A stretch of 63,952 nucleotides of DNA, the filler included, from Octopus bimaculoides (Eukaryota), in NCBI RefSeq assembly GCF_001194135.2. It is 9 parts of 9 records of this genome, joined end to end, with 100 filler letters (N's around TTAATTAATTAA, not from the genome) between each part and the next. Parts side by side here need not be neighbours in the genome. Positions count along the whole stretch, not along the records: positions 45,423 to 48,433 come from NC_068992.1; positions 48,534 to 50,353 come from NW_026334971.1; positions 50,454 to 55,782 come from NC_068982.1; positions 55,883 to 58,478 come from NW_026340452.1; positions 58,579 to 63,952 come from NC_069005.1; 4 more parts are not named here. The stretch is one strand, 5' to 3'. Shown here one piece after another: positions 47,389 through 61,080 of this stretch. A model generated the notes under the pieces. It was not told the origin of the DNA, made no database searches, and saw only the letters and a program-made list of their open reading frames with translations. The stretch's first letter is position 1, and every line of letters begins with the position of its first letter. The position numbers and the translations under genes are program-made.

Positions 47389-48859
47389 TGTACAGTATCT
47401 CCACAAATGTAGAAACAGAGTAGAGAATAGAGAGCAGTCTGTCATGCGGTACCGCTTGCGATTGGTGAAGGCATATCCTTGAGTGCAGTATCTGCAGAAG
47501 GGTAGAAATAGAGTAGACAGTAGAGAGAGTGTAATATGTCATGCTGCATTGTCGTACAATTAATCACTGCATGCCGGAGTGAGCATTATCTGCAGGCATG
47601 TGATAAGCTCCATTTTGTGGATGAAGTGCAATCATCCCAGAATTTATTTTACATTTCATACCATTAATCACTACATACCAGAATGTGCCGTATGGTCCGC
47701 ACAAGCGTTGCCTGATATATGTATATTCTACCATAATCTTGGAACGCCTTAAGACTTAGAACTGGAAATCTTATAGCTGGAAACTGCGAAGCTGATCAGT
47801 TAGACTGTATCCGTTCATGAGTGGCTGATTTAATCTGTCACCTACTTATCACTGCCACCTGGCTCCAGACAGTCTTTAGTAAGTTCACACCGTTGCAAAT
47901 ATTTGAAACAGAGTTTCTTGTCAATACAGCATATCTTCCGGCTCTTTACATTCTAAATGCAAATAACCACCGAGGCCAACGTTGCCTTTCATCCTGTCGG
48001 CGTTTAATAAAATAAATTAAAGAACCAGACAAATACTGGAGTCGATAGCATTTACTAATCCCCTTCCCTCAAAATTACTGGCCAGATAGACATCCTTAGT
48101 CATATCACTGAGGTGTTTGTAAATTTAAAAACAAAAGCGTATTCTGCGCGTTCAAAGGCACAGTGTGTCATTATATATTTGAAAGTTTAATTACACATTG
48201 CATGTTGTTTTATCTATGAAACAGCTAAGCTGTTTCTTGAATCATCAGAGTTTTTGGATGTAATACAGTTTACCTACATGAAACATTTTGCAAGCTGCAA
48301 ATTAAATTTTTGGAGTATATAATATGTTTCTGAGTGAATACGGCAGCATATATACATACATATATACATACATAATACATACAAACATACATACATGATA
48401 CATGCATACATACATACATGCATACATACATGCNNNNNNNNNNNNNNNNNNNNNNNNNNNNNNNNNNNNNNNNNNNNTTAATTAATTAANNNNNNNNNNN
48501 NNNNNNNNNNNNNNNNNNNNNNNNNNNNNNNNNAAGTTCATTTCAGAAAGTCATTTTGTAAATGTGTGCAAATACATGAGTAGGAGATGAAGAGAATAAC
48601 ATCTTGACTGCTATAATATATTATCTCTACTTGCTATAATATCATTATCTAGCGCATCATGAAAAATTTTTGCAGTCAGAAAACTCTTTTGCAGAACTGT
48701 TTTAGCCACTTTTACAGTTTACAAGTCAGAGACGACAGTTGCACATATCTTTACCTCTTACTACTCCTCCGGCGTCTTTTTTATAACGCCATTTACATCG
48801 TGTGCAAAAAAATAACAGTTAAATCAGCCACTTGTAATTTTCTTGATAACCTAAATATC

Positions 48860-49790
48860 AACGAAAGTTCTCCAGTTTCATCAATTGATACTGAAAGTTC
48901 TACTACCTTACCAATTCAAGCTTCCATATCTTTCGTTTCTCCACAATTTAATGGCGATTTTTGAAATATGGTGCACACAGCTAGAAGCAAATTTCGCCAC
49001 GAATAATATAACTTCGGATGTCAGATATTCATATTTATTGGTCAGTGTTTTGCTTCCGGTTATAAGCAGTGAAGTTAAGGATCTCATTATCAATAACGCA
49101 GATAACGCATTATATTCCACTTCGAAAGCAGAAATTATACCGTCTACACCTTCTTCTAAAGAGAAACGATACCACTAATTAATGTATAATGAAGTTTTAA
49201 GTGATAAACGCCCTTCTCAGTGGCTTAGAAAGATGAAGCATTTAGCAGGAAACAACCCAATCATGAAGATATGGTGAAAGAATTATTTTTCTCGAGGCTC
49301 CCAAAGAATGTACAAGATTGTACAATGATTACTATTAAGGGACATACTTCCACCCAGCATTTCTTCTGCTCCACAAGGTTCTGAAAATTACCTTGTCGTT
49401 ACATCGTTAGCTACAAAGCTATCTGTTTTCCGGAAGGAATTCGATAACAAGATTCAAAATTTAACTGATCAAGTTTGCTGTCTCCTGCTTTTTCTCATCG
49501 CTCAAGGCAACGAAGTCGTTCGTCTTCTCGTAATCTTCGTTCTTCTAGTAGAAATTCGCAACAATATTGTTGGTATCATCGTAAATTTGGAACTCGTACT
49601 CGTAAATGTATACCACCATGTATACTACCAGTTCAGCAACGGGAAAACGTGATTCTCGGGAATTAACGGCGGTTGCGTTCCTGGATAAGCCATTTGAAAG
49701 CCGCGTCCTTTTCATTCACGACTCCAGCTCAAGAAAGCTGTTATTAGTTGATACTGGTGTTGCGTGTAGTACCTGACCTGCAAGTGTTTT
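48860..49790 (+). mobile_element. Gypsy/Ty3 LTR retrotransposon gag plus start of protease, decayed
   Basis: PQF..EIWCTQLEANF; SEVKDLI; EVLSDKRPSQWLRKM; LFFSRLPKNVQ; RSRSSSR; CWYHRKFG....KC.PPC; LVDTG protease motif. Confidence 0.82.
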
Positions 49791-50454
49791 ATTAGCGATT
49801 TACGACAACCAGCCACTGTTTCTTTAATAGAAAAGCTTATTGAGGCGGTGGGCTAACAGAATCTTTAGCGCGCTCTACAACTGCTCGAACGCACAACTGC
49901 TTCTCCCTGGATCCCACAGCTCCTCCTCCTCCCTTCATCCTACAACTCCGCCTCCTACTCTTTTATCAGAATGAATCATAAGCGAATGCTGACAGGTTAA
50001 TGCTTCTCAAAGCAACTTCTCTGTGGACACATTAAACATTGAGAATAAAACACACGTGAACAGAAAATATAGAGAGAGAAAACAAACAAAAAAACCATCG
50101 TACGAATATATGTTAACACTGACAACAATCCCAGTGACAAACCAAAGCAGTGATATAAATCCCATGCTGATGAGTATGTGCGTGTGCACGTGTATACATA
50201 TATAAATATTTGTACGGTTAATGCTTCCTGTGAAGAGTATTTATTATTCATTAAAAATTTCAACTTGATTTGGTGAATTGTCAGAGAAACGAATGTGTCA
50301 AAAAATTTAAATTGCGTGACATTCAAAGTTATATCATATATGTATGAATGTGTNNNNNNNNNNNNNNNNNNNNNNNNNNNNNNNNNNNNNNNNNNNNTTA
50401 ATTAATTAANNNNNNNNNNNNNNNNNNNNNNNNNNNNNNNNNNNNNNNNNNNNA

Positions 50455-50510
<56 letters not shown>

Positions 50511-50532
50511 TATATATGTAAACCCAAATGTA

Positions 50533-51119
50533 TAATAAACTACGATGGATAATTGTCAGCTCATTACAACTATTTCTTTCGCATTTTTTAATAGAAGAAT
50601 GAGAAAATTACTCCATTACAAAAAACCGTAATCATCAGATAATACGCGACTTTATACCTTATTTGCTTGTATGCTTTAATTTTCTTCGCCCTTACCTTTG
50701 CTTTCTTTATTCATTCTTTCTTTGTGCTTAATGTATATTAGGTCCATTCCTTGTAACACACTGCCCCATGCCTACTATAATAGAATATTACCTATACTCC
50801 ACTCCAGCATACCTAAGAACCAGTCTATCAGACATCTATCCCACCTGGGTCCCTGACTTTAGATATCCTATTACACACTTTTACGAATTATGTTCTTAAC
50901 CCCAACGGCCAACTTTTTTGGTCATTCACCCATTTTATAGTTGGCCTCGACAGACATCAGCCACGTCCCTGCTGTACCTTTGGGATATTCTTTTGTTTGT
51001 AAAATTAAGTTTTATCTGATGAATACGGTTTTTTGTAATGGAGTTATGTTCTTATTACTCCATTAGATGCGTAAGAAACAGCTGCAATGAGCTGACAATT
51101 ATCCATCGTATGTTATTAT
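50533..51119. repeat. Pair of ~110-bp inverted repeats around a ~370-bp spacer (MITE-like)
   Basis: TACGATGGATAATTGTCAGCTCATT..CTCCATTACAAAAAACCGTA.TCATCAGATAA at 50533-50642 versus its reverse complement at 51012-51119. Confidence 0.8.
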
Positions 51120-51335
51120 TCATTTAATCATAATACACCAAGGTGATTTACAACGTAACACGTGATTTGGACCAGCCCCGAGGCGCTAAATACTCATAGG
51201 GCTGGTTTTCTCTGAGTACAAAGCCAGAATATCCCATTTGAAACTTACCAAATATAGGCTGGAACTACAGGTTTATCCAACCCTTCTTGGTGCATATCTT
51301 TTCAAGTACCTGAATCTATCTGAATCCTTATTTTA

Positions 51336-51397
<62 letters not shown>

Positions 51398-54300
51398 GCG
51401 CGTATGTATATAATGAAAAATGCGGGTGGAAAATCCTAGAGTATTGTTAAGTATATTGAACCTGGGAAAAGTACGGAAAAAGCAGTTATTAAGTCTGGAA
51501 AAGTACAGGCCAAGACGTAGAAAAAGAATAAAATATTGCTGTTAGAATTCAAATGCCGTTATATATTTTTTATATTTAGTTAAAAATTCAGTTTGAAATG
51601 CTCAAGAAGCTATTTATTTTCAATTTTAGTGGAATTGGCGTTCTTGTTTACACATTAAATATTTGATATTACAAATTTATATATTAAAAAAATCTCACAA
51701 TAGCAATTTAAGCAAAGTTGACAAGTTTTTTTAAAAAAATACTAGAGTCGTTTTTACATTTTGCATTCGCATTGTTCATTAGCTTTCAATTTTTATAACT
51801 GTTTTTCTAACTGCAAATAGAAAATACTTTGTTATCTGATAATGCAAACTTTAAAGAAATTAATTCTTTTGTTTCTTAATATTTTTTTACTATTTGTTAC
51901 TCTTTAGAATTACATGTCTTCTACACGAGTGTTATAAAACACGATGTCAGTGATTTAAAATTTTGGATAATGAGTCTTGCTAAGAAAATAAAATTTTTAA
52001 AAATGATATGATACTAAAAACAAGACAAATGTTTTAGCTTAATACAAAGAAGGTTTTAAATAAAAACAAAACAACAACTAAATTTTTTTTAAAGTTACAT
52101 TAAAAAGCCAAAAAATTTAAAGAAAAATCACAAAACAGTGCACGCTCTATTTCGACAACATCAGATATTATTTTACATTTTCTACTTTTCCCTTGTCCTT
52201 TACATTTTCCAGACTTAATTACTGCTTATTACGAACTTTTCCCTGTTCAATACAAGAATATTCAAAGATTTTGCGCGGGCATTTTCCTTTAAAATCTACA
52301 TTGTTTCCAGGCAACGCTTCTATTATTATAATTAATTGTATTTACGTTTATAATTGAAACAATTGTGTTATTGTAAACATTTTTTAAATACAGATTTTGT
52401 TTAAACTTAGAAATTTTGTTTGCACCTAAAAATAAGAAAGGATTAACAGCAGCATATCTGTTGCAGGCGAATATATTTTAAAATAACTTTCAGTATAGGT
52501 TAATGTTATATTCTAATTAAACAATTAATGATTAGCGTTTTTAATGGGTGAAAACTTACTTTAATTTCAATAAGTTTTTAATATGCACATATTTTAATAC
52601 ATAAATAGAATAATAAAATTTTAAATGAATCGCACAAACCTCGTAACTTGTTAATACCATATGCTTCTTCTCACAGATGAAAATCATCTAAATAAACTTC
52701 AAACACGGAATAGCTGTGAAAGCAACTTAGAAGATTGCAGAAAAGCTGTGAAAACAGCTTAGAAGATTGGTTAAATGTTCTTAGAAAGCTGACGAAAGAG
52801 TGGCAGCAAGCCGCTACAGAGTACCGAAGCTCTGGTTAAGAGCTCTGACTATTAAGCTAAGTGATACATAACATCACCTACAGTCTTTTATATCTGAAAA
52901 TGACGAAAGCGATTTGGTTAAAATGGTTTGCTTAAAAAAATAACAAGTGATAAATCCTAGGAATACTCGCAAGTAACTAACAAGTTGACAAGAAGAATAT
53001 ATTTTCCCACGGCAATGGGTGAATATATTCTTCAGCTTATCAGCTTAACGTTTTAGTTAGATACAAATATTTGTAGAATTCAACTAAATATATTTAATCA
53101 TTGACAAAATAGTCAGTTTAAATATATTTTTAGTGAGCACACAAACGCACATATACACAAATACAAAACAACAGAAATGATATAAATTCAGAAGGCAACC
53201 CAAGGAATGGCTTAACACACCACCACAACTCAACGCCAATATAATGCAAAGATATGGTTGAAATAAATGCAAAAAAATACAGTTACCAATCATACACTCT
53301 CATGCTCTGATACAAAGGAGGGTAGCATAAGTAAAAAAGTATTCATCTTTTTGCATTCTTGCTTCTAAGGTTATTTCACAGCACCAGGCATTCGTCGATA
53401 TACTGAAAGTCAAGAATTTAAATGAAAAATATAGATAACCGTTGAGAAGCTTAGAGATTCGTATAGCTAAAAATATTTTTGAGGATATAATCAAAACCAA
53501 ATATTTTGAAACAGAAGATACAGATAACCAATAAATAACTGGTGAATATATCTATACGGCTTATCTATTAAATCTCTTCCGAATATAATAACATTATATA
53601 TCACCTTTACGATGTTTCTTCTAGAAACCAGTCTGTTTCTATCATTTTTTAACTGTTGTGGCTCTTTACACAGATACACCTTTCTTCGTAAGACTTCTGC
53701 AACAAAGTTGCTGTAGCTTCATAACTACCAAATTCTTTCTTGGAGGAGAACAAGTGTCCTGAAGTGTAAAGCTACTCACTTTATGGTCGAGAAAAAAAAT
53801 AATGATTTTTTGCTTCTAAAATCTTATGATTTTCTGAATACATTGAGGCTACTTCACTAAGAATAACAATCTCATTTTCAATATGCACATTAATCCAGGA
53901 CTCTTTTTCTTTGAAAGCAATTCTAACACAAACAAATAGCATGATATAAAAAACGTTTAACCTAGTTATCCTATTTTTACTATGATTGATGCACAACTGC
54001 AAGCTTGCATTAGAAAAAAAAAATTTCTCATAATTCTTTTTATGAACAATCTTAATGAACGATTCAAAACAATCTAATCATCTACTTTCTATATGTACTA
54101 TTTTAATTTCTTGTGCCTTACTTCGGTTGTTTGGTATTAAGTTTGAAAGATACATTCTGCTATTTGTTTCCTGTATAAGACTCTGCACGGGACATCATAA
54201 AACATTTTTCTGTCCTAGATAGAGTTTAGATATCAAAGATTGGAGCTCAAACGTTAATAGGTTTTATATTGTAACTAATTTTGTCTTGCCCGCAAGTGTG

Positions 54301-55040
54301 AAAATTGATATATTCTATGCAAAAAAAAAGGTGTATGAGGAAATCTACTGCAAGTTTATTTTTGTGATATAGTTCGTCAGGATTTTGCTGTGAAAAGTAA
54401 ACAAATGTAAGTGCCTATTTTCATTCTTTTTATATACAAAAATTAATTCCATGTTTAGTCAGCCACTGTCCAGAGAATGGGTGTCCCCAGCTCTTCAGAC
54501 TAGGAAGAGAAATTGATATTAAAGATAGTGATAAAATACAATAGAAGATCGACTAACTTCCTCATCAGAAACTATTCGGCAGCGTGATTTTAAAATAAAT
54601 AGCTTATGTGCAAAGAGTGTGTATTAGAGATTGTAATTAATATAATGCAATTTGTACAGGTTCTGAAAAGTATATATATGTAGACTAATCACCGTCCGGG
54701 GATTAGTCTAAAAGTATATTTTGCCCACGACGGACGAGAACCTGTTAGCAGTCACTAATTACATCAAGCACTAAAATAGGAGATAGCAGAAAAGGAATAT
54801 TAGCATAATCTGTGAAGTCATTAAATACTTCATACGTGTTTCTTGCAGAGAAACGTGAAATAGAAATTCTAATATTCATATAAGGTAGTTGATTTATAAC
54901 GCTCAGGCTGTGGAAAATAAGCTAATGTAAATACATAGATTCATGCAATTCCTAAGAAATATATTGATACCATGATTAAACACTCATAAAAACAGATACA
55001 AATGGTAACAGCCATATCTATCTATCTATATACCTATCTA

Positions 55041-55142
<102 letters not shown>

Positions 55143-55309
55143 AACACCTGCCTCTTTCTCTCTAATCACTTCCTCACACATATAAAGTGCACTTCTAAAG
55201 TCTCCCTCTCCACCCGGGGAAATGAAAATAAGCAAATCTAATCAGTTCTTCAACATTGGGAATTTACACAAGAAGGGGGTAACACTCGATTACATCGACG
55301 TAAATTGAA

Positions 55310-55740
55310 GAGATGAAATCCAACTCAGCAACGGGCCCAGATGGATTTTTGGCTGCTATATTAAACGCATAGAAGGACGCTTTCATAAAACTACTACAGT
55401 ACTAACTTTGGAACTGAAAGCTAGAGCAATCACCGAACTAAACGACACCGTACAATATCAAAAAACTTGTTTTCGTCTAGTTTAAAGATGAAGCACTGTA
55501 ATAGCTTAGGTCTCAAGGCTCACAACCTTTTAAAGTTCTGCCTAACAATTTCAGAGATATGCGAGATATTTCGAAGACGGCTGGTATAAATTTTAATCTG
55601 ACATATCGTATAAGAGACATGATGTAGAACAGCCTCCTCCAACTCGTTTCATCACTAAAAACAGTGGTAGAAAGAAAACCAATTTTACAAAAGACGGTGC
55701 ACCAGCATAGCCTCACCCTCTGGGTGAAACCAGAGAGTAC
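55310..55740 (+). mobile_element. CR1-group LINE fragments
   Basis: MKSNSATGPDG (RT domain 0) and F.VLPNNFRD-type C-terminal remnant. Confidence 0.4.
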
Positions 55741-55743
55741 ATA

Positions 55744-55782
<39 letters not shown>

Positions 55783-56769
55783 NNNNNNNNNNNNNNNNNN
55801 NNNNNNNNNNNNNNNNNNNNNNNNNNTTAATTAATTAANNNNNNNNNNNNNNNNNNNNNNNNNNNNNNNNNNNNNNNNNNNNCAGGTAAAATTACTACAA
55901 GTTGATGCAGGTAGATTATCCTGCCCACCTCCGACTTTTAGTTCATGCAATTGAAAAAAACACTTTATTTATGAGCCCACTCAATACTTCGACACTTTGA
56001 TAAGTTTTGGCCAGAATTGGCCCATGACTAACTTAATAGCAACATCTAGAAAAGACATTCAATGATGTCTCNNNNNNNNNNNNNNNNNNNNNNNNNNNNN
56101 NNNNNNNNNNNNNNNNNNNNNNNNNNNNNNNNNNNNNNNNNNNNNNNNNNNNNNNNNNNNNNNNNNNNNNNNNNNNNNNNNNNNNNNNNNNNNNNNNNNN
56201 NNNNNNNNNNNNNNNNNNNNNNNNNNNNNNNNNNNNNNNNNNNNNNNNNNNNNNNNNNNNNNNNNNNNNNNNNNNNNNNNNNNNNNNNNNNNNNNNNNNN
56301 NNNNNNNNNNNNNNNNNNNNNNNNNNNNNNNNNNNNNNNNNNNNNNNNNNNNNNNNNNNNNNNNNNNNNNNNNNNNNNNNNNNNNNNNNNNNNNNNNNNN
56401 NNNNNNNNNNNNNNNNNNNNNNNNNNNNNNNNNNNNNNNNNNNNNNNNNNNNNNNNNNNNNNNNNNNNNNNNNNNNNNNNNNNNNNNNNNNNNNNNNNNN
56501 NNNNNNNNNNNNNNNNNNNNNNNNNNNNNNNNNNNNNNNNNNNNNNNNNNNNNNNNNNNNNNNNNNNNNNNNNNNNNNNNNNNNNNNNNNNNNNNNNNNN
56601 NNNNNNNNNNNNNNNNNNNNNNNNNNNNNNNNNNNNNNNNNNNNNNNNNNNNNNNNNNAACTTCCATTCATTTCTTTCTTAACCATTTTGATATCAACCT
56701 GCCAGATACTTCCCCTGGATCTAACACACAAATTTGCTGCTTTTAACTCTTTTCTTATTGTAAATGATT

Positions 56770-58445
56770 TTTAAAATAATGAAGAAATTAGAAACTGGAC
56801 CTGATGGTATTCCAGTCATTGTTCTTCAGAAGCATTCTCCTGAGTTGTCTTTTGTCTTATCTAGGCTCTTCCAAAAGAGTATCTCAGAATCTTGTTTTCT
56901 TTCTTTATGGAAATTTACAACTGTTGTTCCTGTCTTTAAGAAGTGTGGTGATCAATCTAATCCTCATAATTATAGACCAATTAGTCTACTACCGATCATC
57001 AGTAAGGTGTTTGAGTCCTTGATTAATGACTCTCTTGTAAAATNNNNNNNNNNTCATCAGTAAGGTGTTTGAGTCCTTGATTAATGACTCTCTTGTAAAA
57101 TATCATGACTCAAATCGTTTATTCTCTGACTCTCAATACGGTTTCTGTGCCGGACGGTCTACTGCTGATCTTCTCACNNNNNNNNNNTATACCTGAATGT
57201 TTGTGTCCCATCACAACATTAAGACAGAACTAAGTCACCTCAACTGCCCTGAATGTATCTGGTCAAGCCAGGGCAGTTGCTCTTGATATCTTTAAGGCAT
57301 TNNNNNNNNNNNNNNNNNNNNNNNNNNNNNNNNNNNNNNNNNNNNNNNNNNNNNNNNNNNNNNNNNNNNNNNNAGATTTCATGTTGAACATCATCTATTT
57401 CGTTTATGACCGTAGGATCAAGGATGTTGTTGATGGTCAATCTTCATCTAGTTAGTCTATAAACACTGGCATTCCTCAAGGATCTGTCCTGAGTCTAACT
57501 CTCTTTCTCCTTTTTGTCAATGATCTGCCGGATCATATCATCTGTCAGCTAGTAATCTATGCTGGAGACTCTGTTTTGTACTTTTGTTTGGACAAATCTA
57601 CTNNNNNNNNNNAATCTATGCTGGAGACTCTGTTTTGTACTTTTGTTTGGACAAATCTACTGACTTGTCTGATAAAGTTGAGATCGCTGCTAATCTTGAG
57701 AATGATCTTTGATCTATTGTTGAGTGGGGTAGGAAATGTCTTGTAATGTTTAATCCATCATAAAAACCAAACTTCTTTCAATTAATCACTTCAAACATCC
57801 TTTCTTGCCATTGTTTTCGATGAATGGTATTACCGTACCTGAGAGTCGTTCTCTTAGTCTCTTGGGTGACTTTCTGTAATGATTTTCCTTTGAGGCTTTA
57901 CATTGAGTCTGTTGCCAAATTGGCTGCAATGAAGGTAGGCTCACTCCTTCGTTTGATGAGTTATCTCACTTTTGAGACTATTCTTTATGCTCATAAGTTC
58001 ACCATTCACCCTGTTATTGAGTACTGTTGTCGTATATGGGCAGGTGCTCCTGTGGATTATTTAACTCTGTTGGGCCACATTCATCGCCATATTTGTAATG
58101 CTATTGGTCCTGATCCATCTTCTGAATTGGATTCACTCTCTCATTGTCGTCATGTGGCTTCCTTGTCTCTTTTCCGTAAGTATTTNNNNNNNNNNNNNNN
58201 NNNNNNNNNNNNNNNNNNNNNNNNNNNNNNNNNNNNNNNNNNNNNNNNNNNNNNNNNNNNNNNNNNNNNNNTCTCATCAGTTTACTGTGCAACCTCCTAA
58301 GTGTCGTAAAGCACTTTACAGTATCAGTTTCATCTCTTGCACCTCTGAACTTTGGAATTTCCTTCCACAGTCTTGTTTCCCTCTTCAATATGACCCTCTC
58401 CAGTCTTTTAAGTCTAATGTACATCATCACCTATTCGCTTCTGTC
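56770..58445 (+). mobile_element. CR1/Jockey-group LINE RT through C-terminus, decayed and gapped
   Basis: GPDGIP; VVPVFKK; NYRPISLLPIISKVFES; QYGFC.GRST.DLL; ALDIFKA; GIPQGSVL; YAGD (mutated YADD); EYCC.IW.G; LWNFLP..FKSNV. Confidence 0.9.
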
Positions 58446-58578
58446 TAGCATCCATTTTATTCTAGTAGCTCCTATGTTNNNNNNNNNNNNNNNNNNNNNN
58501 NNNNNNNNNNNNNNNNNNNNNNTTAATTAATTAANNNNNNNNNNNNNNNNNNNNNNNNNNNNNNNNNNNNNNNNNNNN

Positions 58579-58610
<32 letters not shown>

Positions 58611-58882
58611 TGTATGTACGTATGTATGCATGTTGTATATGTAGCCGGGACTGTAGTTTTAGGCATATATGCATGTACGTATACTTGTGTATACATTCAT
58701 TCGCGTTGATTCACTATGAGCGTAAAACAAAACACGCAAAACTGATTTCAGTTGTTGAGCCTATTGATCTCTGTGCACACGTGGTCGTGTGTGTGTGTGT
58801 GTGTGTGTGTGTGTCTGCGCGCGCGTTTGTTTGTGTACTTGTGGTGACACCTCTGAGAAAGCATGGCCAGTGTATATATACT

Positions 58883-58916
<34 letters not shown>

Positions 58917-60639
58917 TGTATAAGCACGCAATTAAAAGGCATGTTTGCAGCAAGTCCTGCGCATTTAACAACCGCCAACGTGACGTAACATGACTTTCAG
59001 AGCAACAAAGACGTGACAGGTGAACGTGTTGTATTAAACAAGTGTTGTGTTAACCTGTTTCACACTTTGGTAGACATGGTAGATATACGAATTCGATGTT
59101 GATACAGTAAAACAATATGCCAAGAGATATATAGCACAGGAGAACAGTAAGCTTCAGGTAGCGAGCGGTTAAGAACCTCAACATACAAACATAATACCTG
59201 TGCACACATACATATGTATGTGTATGTATATGTGCATGCATGTATATATAATTATATATATGTGTGTGTATGTATGTATATATATATGTGTGTGTGTGTA
59301 TATATATGTGTAGATACTACAATATATATANNNNNNNNNNNNNNNNNNNNNNNNNNNNNNNNNNNNNNNNNNNNNNNTATATATATATAGGAGAGTATTG
59401 TGGTAAGAAGCTTGCTTCCCAACCACATGGTTCCGGGTTCAGCCCCACTGCATGGCACCTTGGGCTAGTGTCTTCTACTATTGCTTCAGGCCGAGCAAAG
59501 CCTTGTGAGAGGCTTTGGTGGACGGAAATTGTCCCCTCCACCATCGCTTGACTACTGATGTTGGTGTATTTAATGCGTTGTGTTCTTGAGCAAAACACTT
59601 CTTTGGTGGTATTTGACCTCAGATCGTAAAGATGGATGCTTTAATCTGACGTCGTATAATAAAAGAAATAAGTTATAAAATACTCCGCGAGTAGATGGCG
59701 CCGATTGGTGGAGTCGTTAGCATGCCACCTAAAATGCTTAACGCCATTTCGTCAGACGTTATGTTCTGCGTTCAAACCCGACCGTGGTCAGTTTTGTCTT
59801 TTATTCGTTTGAGAACGATATAACAACTACCAGTTTTACACTGGGGTGGGTGTAAACGATTTACCTATTCCTTAAAACTTCTGGCTTTGTGCAAAGATTA
59901 GAAATCATTATAATACGTCAGAATGCAGAAAGTGAGACACGGTAAGCAACGGGAGAGGAAAAAAAAACAGAACAGAAAATATAATGAAAATGTTTTACAC
60001 CGATGCAATCTCGAAGACATAAGCAGAAACTTTGAATTAAATATATCCACCTTATCTCGCTCACCTTAGTTCATTCGAGATAGAATAATTAAATAAAGCC
60101 AATATGTTCTATATTTCTCAAATAATCTGTTTAAAAAATGCAAATATATATATTTTAGGACAGATTTTTTTCTCATTGGCGTTCCTCAAATAAATTTTGT
60201 TTTTAAATTGAAAACATGTTTGCGTCATATTTTCCCCAACAATAATTATTCTCATGTAGCATACTGAGAAAAAAAAAGGGGGAATGATATAAAATGGTTT
60301 TCAAATAAACTCTTTTCTAAAATTGCTAATATACAATTTTTTTTTTAATGCTCGTTTTCCCCTAAAATTATTTTCTCTAAAATTTTCCAAAAATTCGGTG
60401 ATTCTACGAATTCGATGTTTCATGCTTTCTGCATTCTGATCTGTTTGATCATTTGACATTTAACTTTCTCACGTTCAGCTTTCTAGCAACCGGCCTTTAT
60501 AAAACAAATCACACACACACATACACACATACACAGACACACACACAACACACATACATACAGCACACGCACACAGCACAAAGCACGACACAGACATGCA
60601 CACAAACACACATATATTTAGTACAGAAATGCGTTGGAA

Positions 60640-61080
60640 GCCGCGACACGTAACCAAATTTTGAGGCTCGCTAAAGAGTACTCTACCTCACTCCTATACC
60701 CGACGCAGTTTGACGAAAGCTATCAGACTTCCAGAAAAGCTAGCATGCAGATTTCGAGGTACATTGTGGTAGCGTGTTTACAAACATATCGTTATTTTCT
60801 TCAAGATAGCACCACTGGCTACAACCATCTGATTTCTGCCACTTACAAATGAAGCACCCACACTTCTATTTTCACAACGTTGCCGAGACCACCTACATTA
60901 CTGTACATTATTCCCATAGCCAACTTTATCGAAGGCCGTCACAACAATGAGGTACACACGTTCTTAATAGTAACTGTTTCAGTAACCTGCTGTAGAGCAG
61001 CAAGAACGGTGTAAGGAAGAATTTTCCCTGTACGAAATCCATGGTCAGTGCTAGTAAGTCATCTTCTAGGACAAGGGCAT
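60640..61080 (-). mobile_element. Decayed CR1-group RT fragment
   Basis: DHGFRTGK; TAFDKVGYG; FVSGRNQMVV, in shifted frames. Confidence 0.5.

Noticed and set aside
51012-51060. CTGATGA as a hammerhead ribozyme core (also ~33050 and ~50168)
   Set aside because: No stem II followed by GAAA and no matching cleavage triplet.
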